DNA of 64,000 nucleotides from Felis catus. Lineage: Eukaryota. The stretch lies in contig NC_058373.1 of assembly GCF_018350175.1 (NCBI RefSeq), forward strand, positions 115,818,001 through 115,882,000. Direction: 5' to 3'. Of the stretch, positions 25,563 to 39,331 are shown one piece after another. The notes beneath the pieces were generated by a model that worked only from the letters and a program-made list of their open reading frames with translations, ran no database searches and had not been told where the DNA came from. A program made the translations under genes and the position numbers. How positions within the stretch are numbered: the first letter of the stretch is position 1; every line of letters begins with the position of its first letter.

Positions 25563-25773
25563 TTTATTTTTAATTTTTTTTTAATGTTTATTTATTTTGG
25601 AGAGAGACAGAGTGCGAGTGGGGGAGGGGCATAGAGAGAGGGAGACACAGAATCCGAAGCAGACTCCAGGCTCTGTCAGCACAGGGCCCGATGCAGGGCT
25701 CAAAACCACAAACTGTGAGATCATGACCGGAGACAAAGTTGGACCTTAACCGACTGTGCCACCCAGGCACCCC
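25563..25773 (-). mobile_element. CAN-SINE
   Basis: TSD taaacaaatagca(c/t)tta at 25546 and 25774. Confidence 0.92.
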
Positions 25774-26791
25774 TAAACAAATAGCATTTAAAGCACCAGT
25801 TGGGAGATACAGTGTGAACATAAGAAGTTTTGTGTCATGGGACATGAGTGTCAACAGATCTACCACCTGCAAAATATGTGCCCTTGGACAAAGTCTTAGG
25901 CTGTGACAGTTTCAAGGTTCACGTTCCACTGGGAAATGAAATGCACTTTGCTAGGATTTTGTAATGATCAAAAGAAAGCACCTAAGAAGGGTCTCGCACA
26001 TGTTAAGCATGTAATACATGCCATTATTCCCATTTTCTCATTATTACTCTTGGGTTTTGCTAAACCTGAGGTATTCCAGTATAATGAGTTTGGCATTGTA
26101 TCTTTATTATAAAACCATCATATGAGGAGCCATCTATTACTGACTGATGTATCACTGCTTAAGGCTTCTGGTTACTGAAGTTGTAGTAACTCACATACAA
26201 ATCTTAGGAAGTGTCTGAACATAGCCTGTCTGTAAAGTACAGGGTGGAACTGTCTGATACATGTACAGAGAAAAAACTTACACTAAAGGAAACAGGAAGC
26301 AATCACTTCAGAAATCATGCTCGAGAAGGGGGTCTCGTAAGTGACGTGTGGTAGACTTGTGCTATGTAAATGCCTTAGGCCTCAGATCCAATTTCTTTCC
26401 AAAAATATGGTGTACAGATGAGAATAGCACCAAAGGGTAGAGGAAGGATACAGCAGTAGAGAATCAACAAGAGTGCCATGCTGCACCGTTGTAATCTGTC
26501 CATTTTTTATAGAGCTCTTACTCAGCACTTGTCCAGACAGCTTATCTGGTAGAGTGATCTGGATCCCTGGTCTCAGTGGCGTGAGCCCCTGTTTACTGTG
26601 CCCTTGTCAAACTTGTGTTTCTGCATTTGCACTTGGCACCAGTATCTACTATCTACTAATGAATAAATCATGGGAATAAAAGGCCCAGCATAGGGAATAT
26701 AGTTAATGATATTGTAATGGATTGTATGGTGACAGATGGTAGCTTCACTTGTGGTGAGCAAATCAGGATGTACGGATAAATAGAATCACTG

Positions 26792-27497
26792 TGATGAGTG
26801 ACAGGCTGCAAACACCCCCACCCCCACCCCCACCCCCAGGGGGATATGTATGTTATTCCTTGGGCACGCCTGGCTGCCCAAGAACAAAGGAGAGGGGGGA
26901 AACAAATGGTTAACTGATAGAGATCACAGTTCTTCAGGACATGAGTCTCCATCAGTTTCAAATATCTTAGTAAATTATAAGAAAAAGACAATATTATCAA
27001 TAGTCTAATCTCCAGAAACCTATAGACTCAGTTTCCTGGAGCCTCAACATCACCCTCTCCTCCATAGTGATGTGGGGAACAAAGGCAAGAAGGAAATGGC
27101 AGGTACAATTAAATTTTCTTATAACCTGCAGCCCACTGACAAATACTTGAGGCTGGCAGAGTAAGACGTTTCTCCAGTAACTCCCTAGTGTCTTAATGTT
27201 AATGCCTTACTAGAGGAAAAACACCTTTAGCTTGACAATAGCAAGGCCTCAGGAATTTTAGAAGTCCTCTTTAGCATATCAAAGTCCCTCTGGAGGTCTC
27301 TCTTTAGTCTTTACCTCCCCCAATTCCATGAGTATATAACTAGTTCTTCACAACTTCAGCACAGCTCTCCCTGCCCACGGGTCCTGTTCCTATGCTTTAA
27401 TCAAAATCACCTTTTTGCACCAAAGACGTCCTCAAGAATTCTTTCTTGGCCATCAGCTCTGGAACCCATGAACCCCCATCACCCCTAAACTTCATCA
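26792..27497 (+). mobile_element. Solo ERV1 LTR inserted in an L1 3' end (~26670-26791 and 27498-27548)
   Basis: tgatga...tcatca termini, near-TSD actg/attg, TATA ~27333; L1 3'UTR resumes after it. Confidence 0.75.
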
Positions 27498-27565
27498 ATT
27501 GTGTTATACACCTGAAAGTAATGTAACATTACTCAAATAAAAAAAAATCTTTTACACCACTTTAA

Positions 27566-27765
27566 GGGGCATCTGGGTGGTTCAGTCGGTTAAGCGTCTG
27601 ACTCTTGATTTCAGATCAGGTCGTAATCTGTCATAAGATCAAGCCTTGCATTGGGCTCCATGCTGGACTGGGCATGGAACTTGTTTAAGATTCCCTCTCT
27701 CCCTCCCTCTGCCCTTCATTCCCTCACACTTTTCGCTCTCAAAACAAACAAACAAAAACAACCCA
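27566..27765 (+). mobile_element. CAN-SINE
   Basis: SINE head and (CAAA)n tail. Confidence 0.85.
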
Positions 27766-27769
27766 CATT

Positions 27770-28465
27770 AAGATACCACTGCATAGCAACTGGAATAGTA
27801 AAAACATTTTAAGACTGACAATAACAAGTGCTAATGAGGATATGAAGCAACTCTCATCTATTGCTAGTGGGATGCAAAACTATAGAGTTCTTTGAAAAAA
27901 CCATTTGGCTGTTTCTCGTCAAGGTAAACACATACTGGACTATACACTCAGCAATCCTACTTCTAAATATTTATCCTAGTGCATTGAGAACATAAGTCCA
28001 TACAAAGATCTGTATGCAAATACTCATAGAAGCTTTGTTCATAATAGCCCCAAACTGGAAACAATCCAAATATCAATCAATAGTGAATGAATAAGCAAAC
28101 AGTGGTATATCCATACAATGGACGGCCACTCAGAAATAAAAAGGAACCAATTCCTGATTCATGCAACAACATGGGAGGATCTCAAACTAATGCTGAGTTA
28201 AAGAAGTCAGATCCAATACACTGCAATACGGGATGACTATTTTATATGACATTTTGGAAAAGGCAAACCTATGGAGCCAGTCAGTGGTGTCAGGGGTTGG
28301 AGGGAGGGGGCTGACTGCAAAGAGGCACAGTGAAAGTTTTTGGGGTAAAAAATGTTCTACATCTAGCCTGGGATAGTGGTTTCATGACTACGCATATTTG
28401 GCAAATTTTACTATCTACAAATTATACCTCAATAAATCTTTTTTTCAATAAATCTTTTAAAAATA
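27770..28465 (+). mobile_element. Old L1M 3' end
   Basis: Degenerate L1 ORF2-end/3'UTR motifs ending attatacctcaataaa. Confidence 0.7.
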
Positions 28466-28759
28466 ACAAGAGCAACAACAAAGAGTCTTCCACCTGCAGT
28501 GTGATGATGATAGCGGTTATTCCGCATGCCAAGCACCCTGTGGGGATGTTATTCTAACTGCTAAAGATACCAGGCCCAATTATATACATGGAGATTTGGG
28601 GAAGTGACCACTGGCTTGGACTATAGACCACTGAATTCACAGTAAGCTGGATATCAACTAGGATTCCACTTATTGGCTGACAATCATAAGCTTTGGGGCT
28701 CTGAGTATCCACATCAATGCTGAAATTTAGTCCAATTACCCTGGGTATTTCTCTCTAAA

Positions 28760-31700
28760 ATAAAAAAAGTGATAACTGACATAGTTGATTAATATCTACC
28801 ATATTTGTAAACATTTTCTGTTCATTATGCTTGTTCTTTGTCTTTCACTTTTTTTGTCTTCTGTGGTTTTAATTATGAAAATTTTTCTCATTCAAATGAA
28901 GTGTAGAAACCTCAGTTTCATTAAGCCCTTTTGCCATTCCCTTTTTGGTGTATTTGTCTTAAATATTTCCATGTATATTCCCACCATATACATTGAGAAT
29001 TACATTAGACAATATTTTTTTTCAGCAATCAAACATAATTTAGTAAATTCAAGAAAAGGAAAGTCCATTGTGTTAACTCATGTTTTTACTTCCATTCTCC
29101 TTCCTTAGGGCTGTTGTAAGATTCATTGTTTTATAATTTATTTTCTGCCTCAAGAATTTGCTTTAGCCATTGTTTTGGCCGTCTGTGACAACTTCTCTTA
29201 GTTTACCTTAATTTGAAAATGTCTTGATTTCCTCTTCATTCCTGATGGATATTTTTACTGTATATAAAATTCTGGATTATTATTTTTTTTAAACTCTTGT
29301 GGAATATTTTGCTGCTTCCTTCCCACCTCCATGGTTTCTAATGAGAAATCTACTATTTTTCAATTTATTTTTCCTCTGTAGGTAATATTAGGCAAGACGT
29401 TTCTCTCCGCGCATTTTCAAGACTTTGTCTTTGTCTTTAGTTTTCAAATTTTTATTATGATATGTCATAGTATGGATTTATTTGGGTATATCCTGTTTGT
29501 GGCTCTCTCACATCTTGAATCTGTAGGCTATTTTGCAAAATTTGAGAAATCTTCAGTCATGAATTCTTTAGGTAATTTTTAGCCCAGCCCTATTTTTCTC
29601 TTTTTTGCAACTGTGATAAACCTCAATGTTAGATCTTTTGTTATAGTCCTACAGATCCCAGAGGCTCTTCATATTTTTTCTAGTCTATTTTCTCTCTGCT
29701 TTCCAGATTTGGTAACAACTTTTCTGTACATTCAAGTTCACCATTTGTTTCCTTTGTTCTATTTTGTTGTTGAGCCCATCCAGTGGCTTTTTGGCTTTAG
29801 GTTTTGTACTTATTTGTTACAAAATTTTCATTACTTTGTTTTCTCTCTCTTATACTTCTTTGGAGAAACTATTTCTGCAAGTTTTTGTTTTTTCAACTGT
29901 TTCCATCATATTTGTTATTGCCAACTGAAACATTTTATGATTGCTGCTTCAAAATCCTCATCAGATACCTCCAACATCTGTTAGAGTTGGCATATACAGA
30001 TTGTCTTTCATCGTTTAAGTTGAAACTTTCCTAGTTTGTTCTATGTTAGGTAAATTTTCATTTTATTCTAAGTACTTTGGGTGCTATATTTTGGGGCTTG
30101 AGATATTATTTAAATATCAGGCCCCCCCTCTGATATTGCACTAGCAGTGGAAGCATTGCATTGTTATTGCTAGTGGTGACAGATGTCCAGGTTTCAGATG
30201 ACATGCCAAGAGGAAGGAGAACCTCATACTGATAAGGTGTGGAAGTTCACTTTCACCCCTTTTGACCTCTTCTAATATTACCCTTGCTATGAGGTTGAAG
30301 GATGCCTCATTACTGCTACCCAATCCACTAACACTGCCAAATGAGGACCCCATTACTACATGACGAGAATGAAAGTCCCAGAACTCTATTTGACCTTCTC
30401 TGACACCATCCCAGTGCAGGGCCTGAGACAACTCATTAGAAGTGGGTGTGATTGGATGTTTAATCCCTCATGTGGCTCATGCTAATGAGGATGAATATAG
30501 AGTTACAATACTTCCCATGACATTTGGTTGGTGTAGGACAGTTATTTCGTAAAAGGTTTCTGTCCAGGCTGCTCCTTTCCTGGTTCTCTGGTTAGAGAGA
30601 GCAAACTTGTCTTGGAGGCTTTTTTTTTTTTTTTGTCTGTGTCTATTGCATTTCAAGGTTGTAGACTTCTCCAGACTGCAATGGGGGTAAGAGAAAATGC
30701 GGAGACATTTTCAATAAAAGAAAGGACAATAAAAGAAAGGACAAGAACCACATGATCCTCTCAATAGATGCAGAGAAACCATTTGACAAAAAAAAACAGC
30801 ATCCTTTCTTAATTAAAAACCCTCAAGAAAGTAGGGATAAAAGGATCATACCTGGAGATCATAAAAGCCATATATGAAAGACCCAACGCTAATATCATCC
30901 TCAATAGGGAAAAACTTAGAACCTTCCCCCTAAGGTCAGGAACAAGACAGAGATGTCCACTCTTGACACTGTTATTCAACATAGTATTGGAAGTCTTAGC
31001 CTCAGCAATCAGACAACACAAAGAAACAAAAGGCATCCAAATCGGCCAGGAGGAGGTCAAACTTTCACTCTTTGCAGGTGACATGATACTCTATATGGAA
31101 AACTCAAAAGATTCCACCAAAAAACTGCTAGAACTGATTCATGAATTCAGCAAAGTTGCAGGATATAAAATCAATGCACAGATACCAGTTGCATTCCACT
31201 ACACCAACAATGAAGCAACAGAAAGAGAAATCATGGAATCAATCCCATTTTCAGTGACACATAGAAAACATAAAATACCTAGGAATAAATCTCTAACCAG
31301 AGAGGTGAAAAATCTATACACTGAAAACTATAGAAAGCTTATGAAAGAAATTGAAGAAAACACACACCAAAAAAATGGAAAAAGATTCCATGCTCCTGGA
31401 TAGGAAGAACAAATATTGTTAAAATGTCGATACTACCCAAAGCAATCTACATATTCAATGCAATCCCTATCAAGATAACACCAGCATTCTTCACAGAGCT
31501 AGAACAAACAACCCTAAAATTTGTATGGAACCAGAAAAGGCCTCGAATAGCCAAAGCAATCTTGAAAAAACAAACCCAAAGCAGGAGGCATCACAATCCT
31601 GGACTTCAAGCTGTATTACAAAGCTGTAATCATCAATACAGTATGGTACTGGCACAAAAGCAGACACTCAGATCAGTGGAACAGAATAGAGAACCCAGAA

Positions 31701-33410
31701 ATGGACCCACAAACATACGGCCAACTAATCTTTGACAAAGCAGGAAAGAATATTCAGTGGAATAAAGACAGCCTCTTCAGCAAGTGGTGCTGGGAAAACA
31801 GGACAGTGACATGCAGAAAAATGAACCTGGACCACTTTCATATACCATACACAAAAATAAACTCAAAATGGATGAAAGACCTAAATGTAAGACAGGAAGC
31901 CATCAAAATTCTCGAGGAGAAAGCAGGCAAAAACCTCTTTGATCTTGGCCGCAGCAACTTCTTACTCAACACATCTCCAGAGGCATGGGAAACAAAAGCA
32001 AAAATAAACTGTTGGGACCTCATCAAAATAAGAAGCTTCTGCACAGCGAAGGAAACAATCAGCAAAACTAAAAGGCAACTGACGGAATGGGAGAAGATAT
32101 TTGCAAACAACATATCAGATAAAGGGTTAGTATCCAAAACCTATAGGGAACTTATCAAACTCAACACCAAAACAAAAAACAAAAAACAAAAAAAACAACA
32201 AAAAACAAACAAACAAACAAAAAACCCAAAAATAAAAATCCAGTGAAGAAATGGGCAAAAGACATGAACAGACACTTTTCCAAAGAAGACATCCAGATGG
32301 CCAACCGACACATGAAAAAATGCTCAACATCACTCATCATCAAGGAAATACAAATCAAAACCACAATGAGATACCACCTCACACCTGTCAGAATGGCTAA
32401 CATTAACAACTCCAGCAACAACAGATGTTAGGGAGGATGCAGAGAAAAAGGATCCCTTTTGCACTGCTAGTGGAATGCAGACTAGTGAAGCCATTCTGAA
32501 AAACAGTATGGAGGTTCCTCAAAAAATTAAAAATAGAACCACCCTACGATCCAGCAATTGCACTATTAGGTATTTATCCAAGGGATACAGGGATGCTGTT
32601 TTGAAGGGGCACATGCACCCCAATGTTTACAGCAGCACTATCAACGATAGCCTAAGTATGGAAAGAGCCCAAATGTCCATCGATGGATGAATGGATAAAG
32701 AAGATGTGGTATATACATACAATGAAGTATTACTCAGCAATCAAAAAGAATGAAATCTTGCCATTTGCAACTACATGGATGGAACTGGAGGGTATTATGC
32801 TAAGTGAAATTAGTCAAGAGAAAGACAAATATCATATGACTTCACTCATATGAGGACTTTAAGATAAAAAACAGATGAACCTAAGGGAAGGGAAGCAAAA
32901 ATAATAAAAGCAGGGAGGGGACAAAACATAAGAAACTCTTAAATATGGAGAATAAACAGGATTGCTGGAGGGGTTGTGGGAGGGGGGATGGCTAAATGGG
33001 TAAAGGGCATTAAGGAATCTACTCCTGAAATCATTGTTGCACTATATTTTAACTCTCTTGGATGTAACTTAAATGAAAGAAAAGAAAAAAAGAAAAAAAA
33101 CAAAACAGCCGCATCTTAAACTCAACAAGCTATGCACATTTAATATGTATAGCTTTTTGTATGTCAATCATTCGTCAATAAAGTGGTTTTAAAAATTTAA
33201 AAAGTTAAAAAAAAAAAAAGAAAGAAATTGCAGAGAAATTCCTGCCATGTTGTTCCTTAGGTCCCAATGTCCTTAGCTGGTTTGTATTCTTTGCTCCACC
33301 TTTCTGAACTTTCTTATGTTTGTTTTATACATAAAGAATGATGTTTGAACTTATAGTGAGCAAGAGCAATAGGGGTAAGAGTGTTCATCTTTTGTGAAAG
33401 CAGAAGTCCT
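28760..33410 (-). mobile_element. Ancient L1M 5' region/ORF1 remnant (host of the L1 at 30712-33222)
   Basis: T-rich reverse ORF1-like sequence; L1M 5'-end-like sequence continues from 30709 into 33241-33410. Confidence 0.6.
30712..33222 (+). mobile_element. 5'-truncated felid L1 (RT to polyA) with an extra 3' segment and second A-tail
   Basis: Frameshifted ORF2 peptides, 3'UTR, A-tails at 33071-33107 and 33191-33222; candidate TSD 30692-30709/33223-33240 (15/18). Confidence 0.93.
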
Positions 33411-33644
33411 CAATGCTATTATTAAAGGAAATGGTCTTCTTCAGCAAGAGAAACGATCTTCTTTCAGCAAGGGAGATCAAGCCAAAACTACTTTTGGAAG
33501 CTTTCAATCCTTCCCTACCTCTAGATCTCCCAGGATACCATCCTATCAGAAGCAGGCACTCTAGTCTTGCTATCAAAACTTTTCTAGGATTAAGCATCTG
33601 TAGTGTCCTATACTCTCATTTCCTGGGATAGGTTTTCCTAATTT

Positions 33645-33851
33645 TTAAAAATATTTTTACTTTATTTTTGAAAGAGAGAGACAGAGTGTGAGCTGGGGAG
33701 GGGCAGAGAGAGGGAGACACAGAATATAAAGCAGGCTCCAGGCTCTGAGCCATCAGCACAGAGCCTGATGTGGAGTTCGAACTCACAGACCATGAGATCA
33801 TGACCTGAGCTGAAGTTGGACACCCAGAAAACTGAGCCAGCCAGGTGCCCC
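33645..33851 (-). mobile_element. CAN-SINE
   Basis: SINE consensus with TSD gttttc(c/t)taatt. Confidence 0.9.
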
Positions 33852-35417
33852 AGTTTTCTTAATTGTTAATCATCCTTGGCATAGGAGCAAATTTTATCCC
33901 CCCAGTTCAGTTCCAGACAAAAGTTTTGAATGCACCTTTCCTAAGACAGGGGTTGTCTAGTTCTACCTGGATGAATGAGACAGTTTATGAAAAGGAACCT
34001 CCAAGCAAGTGTTAAAAGGTGGAAGAGGAACAGTAATCCTCCAGACTGAGAAGGCACATTGAAACAGAAAAATGAAGGAAGTCGTTCCATACTGTTTACA
34101 CAGGGTTTTATTCAGGGTAACTTACAAGAGTACTGAGTGAACAGTGATCCTGGCACTATGCAGCAATTCTCTGCAAAGTCAGGACCCTAACCCACAGATT
34201 TTATAAGACAAAGGGTAGTTATCTAAAGTGGTGCCATCTGTGCACCAGAGGAAAGATTAGAAGGCTTCTTGCATTCTGGTCAGAGTGTACGTTAACCTCC
34301 ATGAGGCCTGGAACACAGAGCCCCAAGGGAGTCATTGCATGGACATGAACAAGATGGAGGGCCAAAGATGGAGTCAGTGTTGTCAGCACTCCTACAGCAG
34401 GTTTCTGAGAAAACCAGCATGAATAGAAGAAACTTTTTCTGAGATGAAATTGAAAAGGACTATCATCAAAAATGCTTCCAATTGATAGTTGTAGAGTTCT
34501 TAATCTCCTAGTTAAATTAAAAGGTGGCAAGACTCATTGGCCAAGAATCCTTTTAAAACAGAATCTACTCAGTGTTAGCATTAATATTTTACTGAATTGA
34601 TTTTTACTCTATGTAATGTTTACATAGTTAAAGTTATCTTACAGATTATATGTTTTGCCAAACACTATGTCATAAATTCTCTACCAAATGATTTTGAGTA
34701 TATTTTTCTCAAAAACATGAAAGGAGATACAATTTTTAAAACTTGTATATAAAACAAAAACTCAAAGCTATAAACTCTAAAATATTGAATATGGTAATTA
34801 TAAAGGGAATTATATCAATGTTGTCTAGATTATTTAGAAAATATTTGATACTGAATGTAGACTTTGATCTTGACAGAGTACAGAGTCATGATACAATTTA
34901 GTTCCATAGTGAAAAGTGATTGTACAGTCTAGGCCAACACAGTAGTATGAGGGAAATTATGAAGCAGAAATGAAGCTACATTGTAAGAGGACATAGAATG
35001 GAGTAGAGGAGGCTAGCCAGTTCCAATTATATTGAATTTGCATAGAATTAGTGGAGCCAGAGCATCCTTGACAGCCAGTTGTTTCTGAAGAAGTGAAAGA
35101 TCCATGTTGCTAAGCAGGTGAATTTAGAACTTAGTTACCTGGGAGATAAAAGGAGGAGGGCTTATGTTTCCCTTTGTTATGTGAGGTCAACTACCAGCCT
35201 TTGTTCATCGATAAGTGTGGTGCAAACCATTAAGAAAGAAAAGACCATGGAAATAACTGTTTATTGTGTTGGTAAGTCGTCTGTTAAGTTTGGTTTTCTG
35301 CATGAGTTGGGAGCCAGAGTAGGACCATGGATAATGTGAAGTTTCTTAATTTTTGTTTTGTTTTCCTTTTTAAAGATGGAAGAAACTTGAGCATGGGTGG
35401 GGAGTAAGGTGCTGCAG

Positions 35418-35531
35418 TAGGGTGATCAACTACTCCAGTTTTCCTCAGACTGAGGACATGCCTGGGATGCGGGGCTTTCAGTTTTAAAACAAGGACAGTC
35501 CTGGGTGAACTAGAATGAGTTGGTTACTCTA
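35418..35531. mobile_element. hAT-Blackjack-type MITE (MER81-like)
   Basis: Terminal inverted repeats tagggtgatcaac / gttggttactcta, 114 bp. Confidence 0.7.
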
Positions 35532-35784
35532 ACTGCCAGTAAAGAACAGATGAAATAGAGTTGAAAGTAGAGAACATTAACAGAATCAGTCCACATGTAG
35601 GTAAGAGATGTGATGTGGAACAGAAGATGAGGGGCTACTACCTGAATTTGGGGGAGAATTACTTTTCCACTGAGACTGGGATATGGAGTGGGATAGAAGA
35701 GAGGTAGAAATGCGTATGGATTCAGATAGGTATGTAACAGTGAAAATCGTAGAAAGCATTTCATCTTTAGATTTGGCATCACTA

Positions 35785-35962
35785 GGGGCGCCTGGGTGGC
35801 TCAGTCGGTAAAGCGTCTGACTTCGGCACGGGTCATGATCTTGCAGTTTGTGAGTTCAAGTCCTGAGTCAGACTCTGTTCATTCTGTGTCTTCCCTCTCT
35901 CTGCCCCTCCCATGCTCTGTCTGTCTCTGTCTCTCAATAATAAATAAATGTTAAAAAAAATT
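35785..35962 (+). mobile_element. CAN-SINE
   Basis: TSD tagatttggcatcacta on both sides. Confidence 0.9.
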
Positions 35963-35974
35963 TATAGATTTGGC

Positions 35975-35979
<5 letters not shown>

Positions 35980-36019
<40 letters not shown>
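35980..36019. repeat. (TA)n microsatellite
   Basis: About 20 TA units immediately after the SINE TSD. Confidence 0.95.
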
Positions 36020-36022
<3 letters not shown>

Positions 36023-36518
36023 TTGAAGAATAAGAAATCCATTTTATATTGTGATTCAGTGGCCACACATATACAAACACCCCCAAAATTTTGGCACCAT
36101 CTGTATGAGTTGCTAAGGGACTTCTAGGAATGGCCTCTAATATTTTTATTCAATTTCCTTTAAAAACATCCTGCAGGTCATGATCCATTAAATTGATTTT
36201 ATGACTCTCTAATTCAGACATTGGTGACAGACAGATGGGAAAATAGTGCATTCAAGCATGATGGAATAAGAGAGGAGATGCACAGGTAGAGAGGTCTTTA
36301 GGAATTTGACATAGCTGTAGGGAAAGAAAGAGTTGATAAAACATACGGAGGAGGTCTGTTGTCTACTTTGAGATTCCGATAACATTAGAAAACAAAGATT
36401 TTTAATGACACTGCTTCACAGTATTAATGGAGGGTGATGTTCCTTTAGGAATTTGGGTGTCTGAGGTCCTAATAATAATATAAGGAGGACAACGAGTATG
36501 GCTCAAAGATTCTTTGGA

Positions 36519-36597
36519 GAATTTCCTTTTGTTGTCTGCTCTCAAGATGAGCTCTGAAGAATTTCCTTCTGTTGTCTGCTCTCAAGATGAGCTCTAA
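36519..36597. repeat. 40-bp tandem duplication
   Basis: gaatttcctt(t/c)tgttgtctgctctcaagatgagctct x2, period 40. Confidence 0.9.
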
Positions 36598-38378
36598 GTA
36601 TAATAGGACATGGTTTATAGAGCTCAGCAGCCTTCTCTCCAACACTCTTTTGGCCCTTCTCACTTTCCATCCTCCCATCCACAATGATTCCCACTCCATA
36701 ATAAACAACAAACATACAAAGAAAGCTATGAAGAGCAAATCTAGAAGTCAGGATTTCACCCAATTCAGAGATCTTTATCCTTGGAAGTTTTCATATAGTT
36801 GAATTTGTCTATGAACTTTGCTGTTCCCTTGTGGGCTACTTGCACCTTGGAATAAAGTGTTTATCCACTGCTCACATGGGTCCAAGCTCTCTAGGCAGGT
36901 TAACACTAAGAATATTGTTCAGATCAATACATCCTCCTATCTACCAGCACACATATAGCAAATCTAGAATAAATAATAAACTAAGATAATGTATATTAAG
37001 AAGGAAAAGATGAAGTCTACTTGGTTAACTATTTAACTCTGTGACTGAAAGGCAATCAGAATGAATGGATTTTTAGCTACTGACACTACACACAAATGAG
37101 GAAATCCAGAATATTAGGGATGTGTAAATGTAATGTCCTAGAAAATGAAGAAAAGAGCAATAAGGAATAGGAAGGTTTGAAATATCAGCTGATTTCTTGT
37201 CTGCATTTCTTAGGATGGAGAACCCGGACAAACTATTCCATTCCAATTGTGGATTCCCTTTTTAAGATCTTCACACATATTGTTTTGAGCATCCCCCTGC
37301 CCCCACTGCAGTAGTGCATGCCAGTTTTGATAGAGAAATGGAAAAAGTATGTGACAGAATTAATCCAAGTTTTGTTTTGTTTGTTTGAAAAGAATCCAGC
37401 CTCACGACTTGTTATTGGTAACAAAAAATTACATAAATTATTGAATTTCAGAAAAACTTTATCAAGTTTTTTATATATGAGTTACAACATTTCAAGGCAT
37501 TTCAAATTTTCCTGTGTAGGGCTAATTTTGAACACTCATATTGATGAGTTTCATAAACTACATTGTTTAAAATCTCCCAGGGGTTTATGGAGGTCTATAC
37601 ATTAACAGTCCCTAAATCATAACCTTTATTAGTCTTAGATTAATCTGGTTCAGATCATAATTATAATGGTCTGATTGCGTGTCTGTTTTCCCACAAACTC
37701 AGTGCTTCTTAGCCTAATTTTTGTCATTTAGCTGAGACTATGATGAAGTCTACAGACACTCTCCTCAGCAAAAGAACACAAAACATTTACAATATTAAAT
37801 ACAATATTATAGGCACCTTAAAGCTCATTCTTGTGCCTGCCACAAATTTCTGCCCTAAACGGATAATTTATTTAATGCTCTCTATTTTTTAGTTCTCTAG
37901 TATCTAGCACAATGTCTGTACTTCATATACTTCAAACACATAAATTCTTGTTTAACACATAAGGAAAGAAATGCATGAGTGTTGCTAGTCAGACTGCATG
38001 CCATGTACAGAAATTATCCACTGTCAAAAGCTGTCAGTAAATATATTTGAGCAAACATTAGGAATTTCCCCAATCCTAAAATTCCAATAACTCTGATGAT
38101 GTTGCCTCAAGAAGACAGAGTTCCTTTTCCCAAGCCTTTGAACTTTATAGATTCTCATTTTCTCTTTATAAGGCATTTTCTTTTGTCTTTGACATCCTTC
38201 TACAGACAACAATGTTGTTCTCCCCATTCCTTTAGAGGATATTAGCTTTTTAGGAATCTTTTCCTCTTCTAAAAATAATAATCAAATACGAACACATTTT
38301 AAGTAGCATTCATCCATAATCCAAGTACTTCACCACTCCTCTCCCCTTTTTTCATTTTTCACTGTATAAAGAACTGTA

Positions 38379-38590
38379 AGGGCATCTGGGTGGCTCTGTC
38401 AGTTGAGCATCTGACTCTTTGTTTTGGCTCAGGTCATGATCCCAGGGTGGTAAGATTGAGGCCTGTGTCAGGCTCCACACTGGCCGTGGAGCCTGTTTAA
38501 GATTTTCTCTCTTTCCCCCCTTCCTGCCCTTCTCCCCGACTTGCATGTGCTCTCCGTCTTGAATTAAAAAAAAAAAAAAAAAAAAAAAAA
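38379..38590 (+). mobile_element. CAN-SINE
   Basis: Long polyA, TSD aaagaact(g/a)ta. Confidence 0.88.
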
Positions 38591-39331
38591 GAACTATACT
38601 AGGCATTATAGGGATACTAAAATGAGTTAAAATCATAAATCTGGCACTCAGCAATCTTGCAGTCCACAGAGCTGTGAATGAATGCAAACACAGCGAGGAG
38701 ACAAGTAAATAACTTGCAATAAAGAAAGATGAAAGCAAATCATAAGACCAATGCAAACTGACATTAAGAAGTGTATTGTTTATGATCTCTCCAGTTTTGA
38801 CAGTCAAAGGGGAAAGTATCAGTAGTTATACAGGGGCAACAGGCTTAGGCCAACATGCTCTTGGACAAATTGAGATACAGAGTCACCCTACTCTTAAGTC
38901 TCTTTAGTTTGGCGTTAAGTTTTTATTGTGGAGATTTTCATACTGCCTACATGGGTTGAGGTAATTGTATGAAAACCCAAATACTTATCATCAATCTTCA
39001 ACCATTATCAACATATGGTCAATACTGTCTTATTATACCCCTCTAAATTCCCACCCCCATCTATTGAAAGCAACTCCCAAGCATTTTAATTCATTAATCA
39101 CTTTTTTGTCATTCAATTCTTTCTCATTTTCCTTATCCAATCCCACCACCTCCCCACCCTTTTATTTTCACTTTCAGCACCGCAGCTGATGTCCATTTCT
39201 GCCAGGACGCAGATCCTTAAAGGTCAGCTCTACACAATGACCAATTAGGAGGAACCAGAACAGCAGTGCCTCACACTCTTTTTCCCTGGACAGATGACTT
39301 CATAACGGTGGCTGGTGAGGCTGAGGTGGCC

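Larger units (their letters stand above)
21844..26128 (+). repeat. Right arm of inverted segmental duplication containing ADAM4-like B
   Basis: Mirror ORFs 13488-13709/21881-22102 and 12657-12869/22738-22950; 3' flank homology 25775-26128 vs 9611-9957. Confidence 0.93.

Noticed and set aside
36519..36597. Short direct repeats (also ~8444-8478 and ~60978-61026) as CRISPR-like or functional arrays
   Set aside because: Two to three abutting units without spacers in mammalian DNA; simple slippage duplications.
39266..39331. ORF-track N-terminal extension of ADAM21 from GTG
   Set aside because: Non-ATG start; a signal peptide follows ATG 39332.
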